The notes under the pieces: model-generated
The model's database searches: none
What the model was told of the DNA's origin: nothing
What the model saw: only the letters and a program-made list of their open reading frames with translations
In this document: piece after piece, positions 21,100-29,729 of the stretch
Layout of the letters: each line of letters starts with the position of its first letter
Position numbering within the stretch: position 1 is the first letter of the stretch
Program-made: the position numbers and the translations under genes
Origin: Nitrospirota bacterium
GTDB taxonomy: Bacteria > Nitrospirota > UBA9217
Assembly (NCBI GenBank): GCA_963845065.1
Contig: CAWJQQ010000001.1
Coordinates: 448,001 to 512,000 of the forward strand
Length of the DNA stretch: 64,000 nt
Direction: 5' to 3'

Positions 21100-22381
21100 T
21101 CTTCACACCCGTCGAAGTAAGCTCGGCGCTGCGCAGCATCGTCTGCAGCGTCAGCCATTCACTAACGAATCCGTTGAATGGCGGCAGGGCCGAGATGGAG
21201 AGCGCCCCAACCAGGAACGCAGCAGCTGTCCACGGCATCACGCGAATCAGGCCGCCCAGTTTATCGAGGTCTCGCGTGCCGACTCGGTCGTCGATGGTGA
21301 CCGCCCCCAGTAACAACAACGATTTATACATAGAATGATTGATCATCTGATACAGCGCGGCTATGAACGCGATGCCCGCCAGCACAGGTTGCCCACTCGC
21401 AGTGAACACAAAGCCGGCGCCTAGCCCGGCGGCGATGATGCCTGCGTTCTCAATTGAGCTGTGGGCGAGCATAATCCGCAGGTCATTGTCCGTGGTCGCA
21501 TAGAGAATGCCCATCACCGCCGAGACTGTGCCTACAACCAACGCGATCTCGCCCGGCCCGACCAGCGTCAGCGGCAGGAGATCGGCGTTGACTCTGACGA
21601 TGCCGTAGAAGCCGAGGTTCAAGGTCGCACCTGCAAGTACGGGAACAAAAGCGGACGGCGCGACCTTGTAAGCCCGCGGCAGCCAAAAGTTGACGGGCAC
21701 GAGTCCAGCCTTCACACCGAAGCCGAAAAAGGAAAGAAGAAACACCGCCCATCGTACGCCCACACCGAGCGATGTGCCTGCTGCCTTAAGCGAAGAAAAA
21801 TCCATAGTACCTGCTGCAACCGCCAGGATTAGAAAAGCCACAACAAACGCCAACGCGCCGATCTCGCCCATCGCAAGCATGAGGTAGCCGGCGCGGGTGT
21901 TCTCTTTCTGTTCATGCTCGAAGTTGACGAGAAGATAGCTGAGGATCGACATAGTTTCCCACGCAAGCATGAACAGAAGAACGTCCGCCGCGATCAGCAC
22001 CAGTACGATGGACGCGAATAGGCCTAGATATAGCGCCGTGAACCACCTGAGGCTGTAGCGTCCTATGAAACGCGACAGATTGGTGGCGGCGAAAATCGAG
22101 ACAGGCAGAAAAACCAATCCGGTGATGAAAACGAACAGCGCCGAGAGGCGGTCCATATTCAGGGTGAGCGTGCTGAAGCCCGGCACAGTCCACAGAGATA
22201 TTCCCCATGTGCGGCCGGCGAACAACGTCTGGCCGCTTGCCCACAGCAAAACGAGCGACGCTAGTGAGCCGATCCATGCGAGCCACTGCGGGTTGCGGCG
22301 GTCTGGGATAAGAAGCACAAGCACGATGCCCGTGCTACATAATGCGAGGAATACACCGATCCATGTGCCCGTATCAATCAT
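20225..22381 (-). CDS. hyfB: HyfB-like proton-translocating membrane subunit, copy 1
   Basis: WETMS, GVKAGLVPVNFWLP, LAHSSIEN, LPPFNGFVSEW. Confidence 0.9.
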   Translation of the reverse strand: MIDTGTWIGVFLALCSTGIVLVLLIPDRRNPQWLAWIGSLASLVLLWASGQTLFAGRTWGISLWTVPGFSTLTLNMDRLSALFVFITGLVFLPVSIFAATNLSRFIGRYSLRWFTALYLGLFASIVLVLIAADVLLFMLAWETMSILSYLLVNFEHEQKENTRAGYLMLAMGEIGALAFVVAFLILAVAAGTMDFSSLKAAGTSLGVGVRWAVFLLSFFGFGVKAGLVPVNFWLPRAYKVAPSAFVPVLAGATLNLGFYGIVRVNADLLPLTLVGPGEIALVVGTVSAVMGILYATTDNDLRIMLAHSSIENAGIIAAGLGAGFVFTASGQPVLAGIAFIAALYQMINHSMYKSLLLLGAVTIDDRVGTRDLDKLGGLIRVMPWTAAAFLVGALSISALPPFNGFVSEWLTLQTMLRSAELTSTGVKIVFALCGAGLALTAALAVTCFVKAFAMGFLGITRSEQARKATEPQRSAIAPMVLLAALCLLLGVLPTYVIPTLNGALSPLTGTNAADALVPPFFTDSAGHEQLPHEFVSEFHDLGAQVGQAVLPGRGLVVLHRGGKENPVVFAMSTSYMLAMLIVLLGLTYVVVRFILARNRRVTRRTCWDGGLRQLWPEMTYTATGFSNPVRVIFDAVFRPTIAEDTKETVAEHFRVAILREREEVHIVDRIILQPVKYAALRLARGLAVLHQGRINAYIAYALLSLLVVLLWVWFFQTS

Positions 22382-23142
22382 CGCGTCTCTCCCCCTGTGA
22401 CTTCAGTGGGAGAAGTCAAAGTAGCTGATGTTTTGCGTCCGACTGCTACTAACAGCCCGTGAAGTATCGCCAGCGGAGGAGGCGGGCTGCCGGGAACTTC
22501 CACGTCCACGGGTAAGATGTCCGTAACGCCGGCGCTTGATGCGAAGCTGGGACTGAACACACCACCCGAAAGCGCGCACGTGCCCACGGCGATGACCACT
22601 TTCGGAGTAGCCATCGCGTTATAAGTCTTCTCAAGCGGAAACCGCATTTGCTCCGTGCCGGGTCCGACAACTATGAGGATGTCGGCGAGTCGCGGCGTCG
22701 GAGTAATGAAAAAGCCCAAACGGTGCATGTTGTAGTACGGGTTGTTGAGCTGCTTAACCTCGTTGAGACATGCGCCACAATCGCCCGCATCCACAACGAT
22801 GATATTGACCGACCTCTTGAATTCATCACCTAATTTCCGATCTAAGTCTTTATTCCCGGCCGTGGTGGCCGCCCATTCATAGCCCTGCTTCCAGACCAGA
22901 GGAGTTGAGAGGCGGCCGCAACGGAAGCAGTGGACGCAACGGCGGTAATCCACAATGACCGAGCGTCCTACCCGGCTGATCGCGCTGGTGGGGCAGCAGT
23001 CTACGAGCAACGAAGCCTGCTCTTCGGAATACGTTCCGCCTAGCGGCAGTCCCGGCGAGATACCGGCTGCGGTCTCCTCAGTCGCGGGATAGCGCGTCGT
23101 CTTGATTCCTGTTTTGATTCCTCTGCGGACCCATTGGCTCAT
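22378..23142 (-). CDS. Hydrogenase-4/Ehr small subunit (NuoB-like) with N-terminal ferredoxin-like segment
   Basis: CCPT..CVHCFRC; GDCGACLNE, PRLAD, GTCA, VPGSPP; start MSQW after GAGG. Confidence 0.88.
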   Translation of the reverse strand: MSQWVRRGIKTGIKTTRYPATEETAAGISPGLPLGGTYSEEQASLLVDCCPTSAISRVGRSVIVDYRRCVHCFRCGRLSTPLVWKQGYEWAATTAGNKDLDRKLGDEFKRSVNIIVVDAGDCGACLNEVKQLNNPYYNMHRLGFFITPTPRLADILIVVGPGTEQMRFPLEKTYNAMATPKVVIAVGTCALSGGVFSPSFASSAGVTDILPVDVEVPGSPPPPLAILHGLLVAVGRKTSATLTSPTEVTGGETR

Positions 23143-23161
23143 AATTCGTTCCCTCGCCTCG

Positions 23162-24736
23162 TCAACGGTCGTTTTCGGCCACCGAAAGATCAAACGTGGC
23201 CATGATGATGGGAAAATCCTGAAACGCAAAGTTCTCAATCGCAAAATGAAAGCCGTGCCAGTTGGCGAATGACGGCGGCATAATCCGATAACGGGCGACC
23301 GATCCGTCCTCCTTGAGTCGCACCCAGTGAAAGGCCGCGCCACGCGGAGCTTCAACCAAGCCGACAGCTGCGCCGGATTTTATGTTGCACGGCGTATGGA
23401 TTGGTCCTGAGGTCAAAGCGCCTACCGCTTGCTCCATGATCTTCACGGACTGGCCCGCCTCGGCAAAAAGAATGCGCAGCCTAGCATAACCGTCACCTTC
23501 GCGTTCCATTGGTGCGTCGAACTCGAATTCCTCGTAGCCCGAATACGGTTGCGCCTTCCGCAGATCGCGGACAACGCCCGAAGCCCGGGCGACCGGGCCG
23601 ACCAGTCCGTGATTGCGGGCGTCCTCAGCGGAGACAGACCCTACCTCTTCCAGCCGGTCGAGAAAGCTGCTGGAAAATTGCAGCATCGTCTTGATCTCCT
23701 GCAAGCGATTCAATACGTCCTGCGCCGTTGCTAGCGTCTTTCGACAGGCTTCGTCATCGATATCACGGGTCAGTCCGCCGGGCGCGAGCAGGCCGAACAG
23801 GTAGCGGTGGCCGGTCAAAGCGTCGCACAACCGCAGCAGCTCTTCCTGAAGAAGAGCGGTCTGGCTGGCAGCCACGGAGAGCGCGGTCGACTCGCAAATC
23901 CCTTCAATCGCGGCGACGTGATGGCGGAAGCGTTCCAGTTCGGCAATAAAGATACGCAGCACGCGCGCCCGCGGGGGAGCTTCAGCGCCGCAAATGCGTT
24001 CAACTGCCTGACAAAACGCAAACCCATGAGCGTAGGCTGAAGTAGCGCAAAAACGTTCGGCCAGCAGCAGCGCATCTTCCACCGTACGGCCCTCGGCGAT
24101 CTTCTCGACGCCGCGATACTTGTAGAAGAGGCGGGGAATGAAGTGGATGATGTCTTCGCCTACTGTTTCCAACTGAAAGTGGACGGACTCGGCCAGCCCA
24201 GAGAAAACCGGTCCAATCGGCATCACGAACGCGCCGGGCGCCTCAACGATTCTGCACGGGGGCCACGTGTTGAGGTAGGACTCACCTTTCCTCTGTCCAT
24301 CGAAACGATGGCGCATCGGCTCTAAGCCCTCCTGCCAAATGTCATCATGCAGGACGAAATCACCCAGGCGTGGGTGGCCTTCGAAAACCAAACCGAAATG
24401 GTCTTCCTCTTCGCGCTCATGCCAGTCCGCCGCGTGCACATGCGAGCTGATGCTCGGGAATGTGCGCTCGGCCGTAGGACGGCGTACCAGAAGCTGAACC
24501 TGGGCGTCTTCCCTGTCGCCGTAGAATACGTAGCGCAGCTCCCACTCGCGTTGTCCCTCTTCAACGACCAGACCGGCGAAGGAGTAATTCAATTCGGCAA
24601 AGAGCCATCGGGACAGCTCGGCAAGCGCCTCAGGAACGCATTCCACTTCGCACAGCGGCTGTTTAGGGTTGAGGCGCGATTGCGCTCTTTCGTTCCAGCG
24701 TTTAGCGATTTCTCGTGATAAGTCGGCTGGTTTCAT
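23162..24736 (-). CDS. Hydrogenase-4-like large subunit (NuoC-NuoD fusion) lacking canonical Ni-binding CxxC motifs (Ehr type)
   Basis: WHERE..FGLVFEGHP, GPVFSG, YKYRGVEK, ERFCATS, VEAPRG, C-terminus DFPIIMATFDLSVAENDR. Confidence 0.9.
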   Translation of the reverse strand: MKPADLSREIAKRWNERAQSRLNPKQPLCEVECVPEALAELSRWLFAELNYSFAGLVVEEGQREWELRYVFYGDREDAQVQLLVRRPTAERTFPSISSHVHAADWHEREEEDHFGLVFEGHPRLGDFVLHDDIWQEGLEPMRHRFDGQRKGESYLNTWPPCRIVEAPGAFVMPIGPVFSGLAESVHFQLETVGEDIIHFIPRLFYKYRGVEKIAEGRTVEDALLLAERFCATSAYAHGFAFCQAVERICGAEAPPRARVLRIFIAELERFRHHVAAIEGICESTALSVAASQTALLQEELLRLCDALTGHRYLFGLLAPGGLTRDIDDEACRKTLATAQDVLNRLQEIKTMLQFSSSFLDRLEEVGSVSAEDARNHGLVGPVARASGVVRDLRKAQPYSGYEEFEFDAPMEREGDGYARLRILFAEAGQSVKIMEQAVGALTSGPIHTPCNIKSGAAVGLVEAPRGAAFHWVRLKEDGSVARYRIMPPSFANWHGFHFAIENFAFQDFPIIMATFDLSVAENDR

Positions 24737-24743
24737 TATGACC

Positions 24744-26180
24744 TCACTTTGCCAGAGCTGCCGCGGCCAGTCCCAGAAGTCGGTGCAAGGGCTCTGGCAG
24801 GTATACGCCAAATACGATGATCGGAATGGCTGCGATGACCAGAGCCAATACACTGCTGAACGGCAAATGCACTCGCGGCGAAGCAGGATTCCCATCGGGA
24901 CGGCCAAACACCATGCTGTTGATGTGGATGATGATGTTGAAAAATGCTATTGCGATGAACAGCGCGAGCAAAGCAGTCACCAGGTAGCGCCCCTGGGTCA
25001 ACCCCGCCCTCAGGATCGAGAATTCACTGAGGAAAACCGCAAAGGGCGGCGCGCCCGCAATCGCCAGGCCGCCGAAAAGCAAAGCCGCGCCTGCTACGGG
25101 CGCGGTGCGGATCAGGCCGCGCACGGAAGCAATTTGCCGCGTATCGACGGCAAGCAGGGTGGCGCCGGCGGCCAGAAAACAGAATGATTTTGTGATGCTG
25201 TGAGTCATTATCTGCATCATTGCGCTGTAATTACCGCCTGCGCCCCCGATTCCGGCGGCGGTGAAAATGATTCCCATGTGTTCGACGGTCGAGTAGGCAA
25301 ACAGGCGTTTATAGTCACGCACCTGCAGCAACAGGAAGGCGGCAACACCCACCGAAATGAGGCCGATTACCAGCAGCCAATCCTCCATATCGTTCATGGA
25401 CAATAGCGGCAGCAAACGCAGGATCACGTAGAGCGCCGTAGTTGTCTTGACGCCCGAAAGCAATGCGCAAGCGGGCGAAGGCGCCTGGCTGTGCGCGTCG
25501 GGCAACCAGGTGTGAACGGGAACAAAGCCGACTTTCACGCCGAAGCCGACAAGGATCATCAGGAACGCGGTCTTCATCAGCACCGGCGGCATGTGAGGCG
25601 CGACGGTGCGCAACCCTTCCCAAGTGTACGTTTCGCCGCCTCCGGTTTTGAAGGCCCAGAAAAGGATGAGAAAACCGAACAACGCGATGGCCGCGCCCAT
25701 GAACATCAAAGTAATATATTTCCAGGCTGCTTCCAGAGACTCGTGCGTGTTTTCGTAGGCGACGAGGAGCACGGAAAAAAGCGCTGTCAGTTCGATGGCG
25801 ATCCACTCGATATTCGGCTCAACTGCTGCGGGGACGGCGATGAGGGCGAAGAGAAAGAGATTGAAATGCACGTAGTACATGCGGAGCCTCTTATCGCTGT
25901 GCGCGATCCTATCCATGTAACCCCAGGAAAATAGAGCTGCGGTCGCGCCTGCCAGCGTGACCAAGAGCAGGATCAATGCGCTGAAGCCGTCGAGCGCGAC
26001 CCACTGTGGGATTGCCACAACGGGGTTTCCAGCGGCCGTTTGCAGGCTCGCAACAATAGCGAGGGCGAAGGCAGAGCTGGCGGCAATCAAAGTGACTGCA
26101 GGCGCGAAACGTCTTCTAAGAGGAACCCAGCAGAGCGCCATGGCCGTCAGTGGTAAAAACAGTATCACGAGCAGCATCAT
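24744..26180 (-). CDS. hyfF: Hydrogenase-4 subunit F-like proton-translocating subunit
   Basis: LEAAWKY, GVKVGFVPVHTWLPDAHSQAPSP, KRLFAYSTVEH, GAPPF. Confidence 0.92.
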   Translation of the reverse strand: MMLLVILFLPLTAMALCWVPLRRRFAPAVTLIAASSAFALAIVASLQTAAGNPVVAIPQWVALDGFSALILLLVTLAGATAALFSWGYMDRIAHSDKRLRMYYVHFNLFLFALIAVPAAVEPNIEWIAIELTALFSVLLVAYENTHESLEAAWKYITLMFMGAAIALFGFLILFWAFKTGGGETYTWEGLRTVAPHMPPVLMKTAFLMILVGFGVKVGFVPVHTWLPDAHSQAPSPACALLSGVKTTTALYVILRLLPLLSMNDMEDWLLVIGLISVGVAAFLLLQVRDYKRLFAYSTVEHMGIIFTAAGIGGAGGNYSAMMQIMTHSITKSFCFLAAGATLLAVDTRQIASVRGLIRTAPVAGAALLFGGLAIAGAPPFAVFLSEFSILRAGLTQGRYLVTALLALFIAIAFFNIIIHINSMVFGRPDGNPASPRVHLPFSSVLALVIAAIPIIVFGVYLPEPLHRLLGLAAAALAK

Positions 26181-26869
26181 GGCTTTGATTCCTCCTTTAA
26201 GGTCGTCAACATGCCCACCTCAGTCGTTCCGATGTGTTCATGAATAGTTCGTGTCAGCAGTCCGACGATGAAAGACAACATCAAAACGTCGAAGGCTATA
26301 GCAAGTTCCGCAAAGAGCGGCAGTTCAGGTACGATGGCGATACCAGCAAAAAAAGCCGAATTCTCCATCGCCAGCAGCCCGAGCAGCATCGGCACGGCCT
26401 CGCGGCGGGCCGAAGCCGTAAAAGCGCCGACGAGGAGTCCCGCCAGTCCGATGGAGAGGTTGACTCTGATGTAGGGGTTTCCAGCAAACTCCAACAGAGG
26501 CATTGCCAGAAACCCGGCGGAGATTGCCAGAACAAGGGCGATCAATAGCGAAGTGGGAATGTTGATGATCTGATCGATTTCGCGGCGGGAATAGATTTCA
26601 TCCCGTATGTTTCGCTTGAGCAGCCATGGAATCAGCAAAGGTTTGCTGATTACGTTGATCAAACCCACAGCGAATACATGCCATGAATGAAGTAGCGCAC
26701 TCAACAGAAACGCCGAGCAAGCCAGGAAAAGCGATTGAGCGATGAACAGGCGAAGACAGCCTTGCACTTGCCGCGTAGCCACCATGCCGAATATGCAAAG
26801 CAAGAACAGCCCGGCCGCCAATGCGTTCAGGCTGGACAACAATGAAATCAAAGAAGTGTCATTGATCAT
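26177..26869 (-). CDS. hyfE: Hydrogenase-4 subunit E-like membrane subunit
   Basis: KPLLIPWLL, LLAMEN, ELAIAFD; position between hyfC-like and hyfF-like genes. Confidence 0.88.
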   Translation of the reverse strand: MINDTSLISLLSSLNALAAGLFLLCIFGMVATRQVQGCLRLFIAQSLFLACSAFLLSALLHSWHVFAVGLINVISKPLLIPWLLKRNIRDEIYSRREIDQIINIPTSLLIALVLAISAGFLAMPLLEFAGNPYIRVNLSIGLAGLLVGAFTASARREAVPMLLGLLAMENSAFFAGIAIVPELPLFAELAIAFDVLMLSFIVGLLTRTIHEHIGTTEVGMLTTLKEESKP

Positions 26870-26880
26870 GGCTTCCCTCT

Positions 26881-27831
26881 CTAAAATGTGAACACACGCG
26901 TAATCATTGCCACTACCGAAATGATGAACGCTGCACTTAGGAATTCGGCGATTCGAAACAGACGCAGCTTCGAGAGTGACGACTCAATGACCACCAGAAC
27001 CAGGACAAACACTAAAATTTTGAACAGTATGAACGGAACGGCAAGGAGAACATCACCCAACGACTGTGTCGCCGCCAATCCCCACGGCGTGACCAATACG
27101 TTTAAGAAAATGCACAGCAGTACGAAAAACTTCATCTGGCCGCCCCATTTCATCAGAGCAGCGCCTCGGCCCGAGTATTCGAGCACCTTGGATTCGTCGA
27201 TCATGGCCAGTTCGAAATGACCCGACGGGTTGTCCACAGGAATGCGCCCCCCTTCCGCGAGGATCAACATGATGAACGCCAGCATCAGCAACACGTGCGA
27301 CGGCTCGAAGAAGTTGGCTATGGGCGTTACCCATTTCTGCTGGACTATGTACGGGATTGTCGAGCCCGCTACAAAGGACACGGTAAAAAAAACGATCATG
27401 AATACCGGCTCTGCGAGGAACCCGACCATCCGCGTGCGGCTCGCGCCGATCGGGCCGTAAGGATTGCCCGTATCAACGGCTGCGAGCGTTGCAAAAAAGC
27501 CTCCCAGCGCGAGCACGAAGCCGCCGCCGAGCATATCGCCCATGAAAGCGAAGAACAGCGGATAGCTGGTGAGCACAGGGATCAGTATCGCCACGAAGAT
27601 CGGGGAGACGAAGACGATGTAAGGCGTGAACCGAAATATCCACGAAGCCTGCTCAGAGACGACTTCGTCCTTGTGAAACAATTTCCACAGGTCACGATAT
27701 GGTTGAAAAATGCTCGGGCCGCGCTTGGATTGAACGATTTCTTTGAGGCGGCTCAACACGCCCCCCACGAGAGGAGAGAAAAGCAACACCGTCAAGACCT
27801 GAACCACATTGAATATGATTCTATTTATCAT
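26881..27831 (-). CDS. hyfC: NuoH/HyfC/HycD-like membrane subunit
   Basis: GPSIFQPYRDLWKLFHK, GASR, EGGRIPVDNP, ELAMI..LEYSG. Confidence 0.92.
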   Translation of the reverse strand: MINRIIFNVVQVLTVLLFSPLVGGVLSRLKEIVQSKRGPSIFQPYRDLWKLFHKDEVVSEQASWIFRFTPYIVFVSPIFVAILIPVLTSYPLFFAFMGDMLGGGFVLALGGFFATLAAVDTGNPYGPIGASRTRMVGFLAEPVFMIVFFTVSFVAGSTIPYIVQQKWVTPIANFFEPSHVLLMLAFIMLILAEGGRIPVDNPSGHFELAMIDESKVLEYSGRGAALMKWGGQMKFFVLLCIFLNVLVTPWGLAATQSLGDVLLAVPFILFKILVFVLVLVVIESSLSKLRLFRIAEFLSAAFIISVVAMITRVFTF

Positions 27832-27849
27832 GGAGCCGCCTCCGTTATC

Positions 27850-27945
27850 TCAGGCAGGGCAATAAATGCTGTTATTCTCGGAAAACGAAGAGCAGCGACA
27901 AGTGCAGGGCCGCCACAACGCCGCCATCCCACAGACTTCATACAT
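27850..27945 (-). pseudogene. Short 5' relic of a membrane protein, probably the antiporter N-terminus
   Basis: GGAGGG RBS just after the riboswitch terminator; MYEVCGMAALW then frameshifted ALVAAL. Confidence 0.45.
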
Positions 27946-27965
27946 AGACGAATCCCTCCGGGCAT

Positions 27966-28047
27966 AAAAAAACTCCTGCCCTCAAAATATGAGAGTAGGA
28001 GTCATTAGCCTCAGGAATCGAGGCGTTTTATGGCGAACCCCATCGCC
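27966..28047 (-). ncRNA. Fluoride (crcB-motif) riboswitch, canonical, with terminator platform
   Basis: GGCGATGGGGTTCGCCATAAAACGCC..GGCTAATGACTCCTAC, then terminator ACTCCTACTCTCA..TGAGGGCAGGAGT-TTTTTT. Confidence 0.93.
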
Positions 28048-28727
28048 GCTGATTTATTCAATAATATCAAAATAAGTTCAAATGTCAATAAGAATATCTG
28101 TGAGCGTTAGATGTTGACGAATTCGGACAGATACTTTATGTTTTGCAAAGAATGGGAACTACAACAGCTACAGAAAGATGACTGTACTGCAAGCCTCAAC
28201 AGGAAACTTACAAATTTTCGAGGATCTTTACCGTCGCGTGCTGTAATACTTCATCAGACGTTCTTGCAGCACCGAGGCTGCTATAAAGCCGATGCACAAG
28301 AGTTTTCGTAAATTACCCATCGCTTTTCGAACTAATATTTCTCCAATTCTTAGATGTTGTTATCAACATTTTTCATTAGATAAGCATGCGTTCATGGTCT
28401 GACCATTTTAAAGCCATACCACATAGTGACCGCCCAGTCAAAGGTCGTCTTCTGTTGGCACTATTGCAGTTACAATAGCTCTCGTTCGAGTCAATGGTTT
28501 GCAAAATGTCGGTTGAACACGAAATCGATTCATGATTGGTGTCTATTACAAAGATACGCATTTTCTCGGGTTGAAATAGTGCAACTTGATTGCCATGCGA
28601 GAGAATCACGCGACCTACTGATGATTTAGGACCACTCGATATTAGCAAGGCGCCTGGTAAGTTCCCCATTTGTAAATCCAACGCTTTACAGGGGGCTTGT
28701 GTGAATCGGGGCGCGGATCCCTGACGT

Positions 28728-28802
28728 TAATCGGCAGCAGTAATGCTCGGCTCGCCGTTATAGTCGCGTGGTAATAGTGGTAATAAATGACTATGGTTTT
28801 AG
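28728..28802. repeat. Dispersed ~70-bp intergenic repeat, copy 1 (copy 2 at 43354-43419)
   Basis: TAATCGGCA.CAGTA.TG.TCGGCTCGC...CGCGTGGTAATA..AAT.ACTATGGTTTTAG. Confidence 0.8.
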
Positions 28803-28866
28803 TACCGGTCTAACGCCAAGACTTATCTTGCAATTCCAACTAATTAGCCCCAAACCGCCTAGAAAC

Positions 28867-29073
28867 TTAGTACCTTATAAAATAGGGTAAGGCCATTAGC
28901 ACAATGCCGATAAGGACGATTAAAAACCAGTTCGTGACAAAATAGGGGAAAAAAATCAGCGCGACACCGGATAATAGCGCAATTCCCCGTTGTTGTTTCT
29001 TCCCGTATACAAAGTAGCCCATGCCGATTGAGCCGAATAAAAGACCCCAGAGTAACGATGCGGAACCATTCAT
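28867..29073 (-). CDS. Small membrane protein
   Basis: LLFGSIGMGYFVYGKKQ..FPYFV; hydrophobic 68-aa ORF. Confidence 0.8.
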   Translation of the reverse strand: MNGSASLLWGLLFGSIGMGYFVYGKKQQRGIALLSGVALIFFPYFVTNWFLIVLIGIVLMALPYFIRY

Positions 29074-29729
29074 TGTATTTTCCCAAAAATATAATTTGGA
29101 ATGGAAACATGCAGTCTCTTAATCTGCGCGATCAATGTAGTAGACAATTTGTTTTTCATAACTTCACCTCCTGGAATAATTATCATGCTTAAACGCTACT
29201 TATGATTTGACACAAACGCAGGTAAACTTTAAGTATGCGATCCGTCTTTTCTCAATGAATGATTTTTGGCATTTCCCCCCTGCCTGGCCTCGACTTCTTT
29301 TGCAGTAAAAAATGGCTCGGGAGGCAGCACTTGCAATTCGATCTGGAGTCCGTACACGGTTGCGGTCTTCGTCGCATCTGCGGACTCAGCCGGGAAAGTG
29401 CAAACAGTCATAACGATAAATATTGCTGTTGAGAATACAGTCATGCGCTTCTTCGCAGTGTTCTTAATTCTTGGATGATTATTTACTGACCAACGAATCA
29501 CTGTTTTGCAAATTGTTTCATGTATCGTGCCCGGATTTTTGCGGAACACTATTTTTTTTGATTACTAGACAGTTATATTTCCAGAGGCAGCTATATTGAA
29601 CAAGTTGGGATGCGCCAACATGCCTGATGTTTTATTCCATTGCATCACTTTTTCTTTTGAGGCGTTATTCTGTGGCAAACCGGCATATCCTCATCCATCG
29701 TTCCTCCGGCAACACCTATACTGTTGTCA

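Noticed and set aside
23162..24736. Functional NiFe hydrogenase-4 or formate hydrogenlyase
   Set aside because: Three of four metal-binding cysteines are missing; no maturation or fdh genes in the window
29229..29549. Intact exported protein
   Set aside because: Looks like a signal peptide plus a truncated domain; cannot be supported as functional
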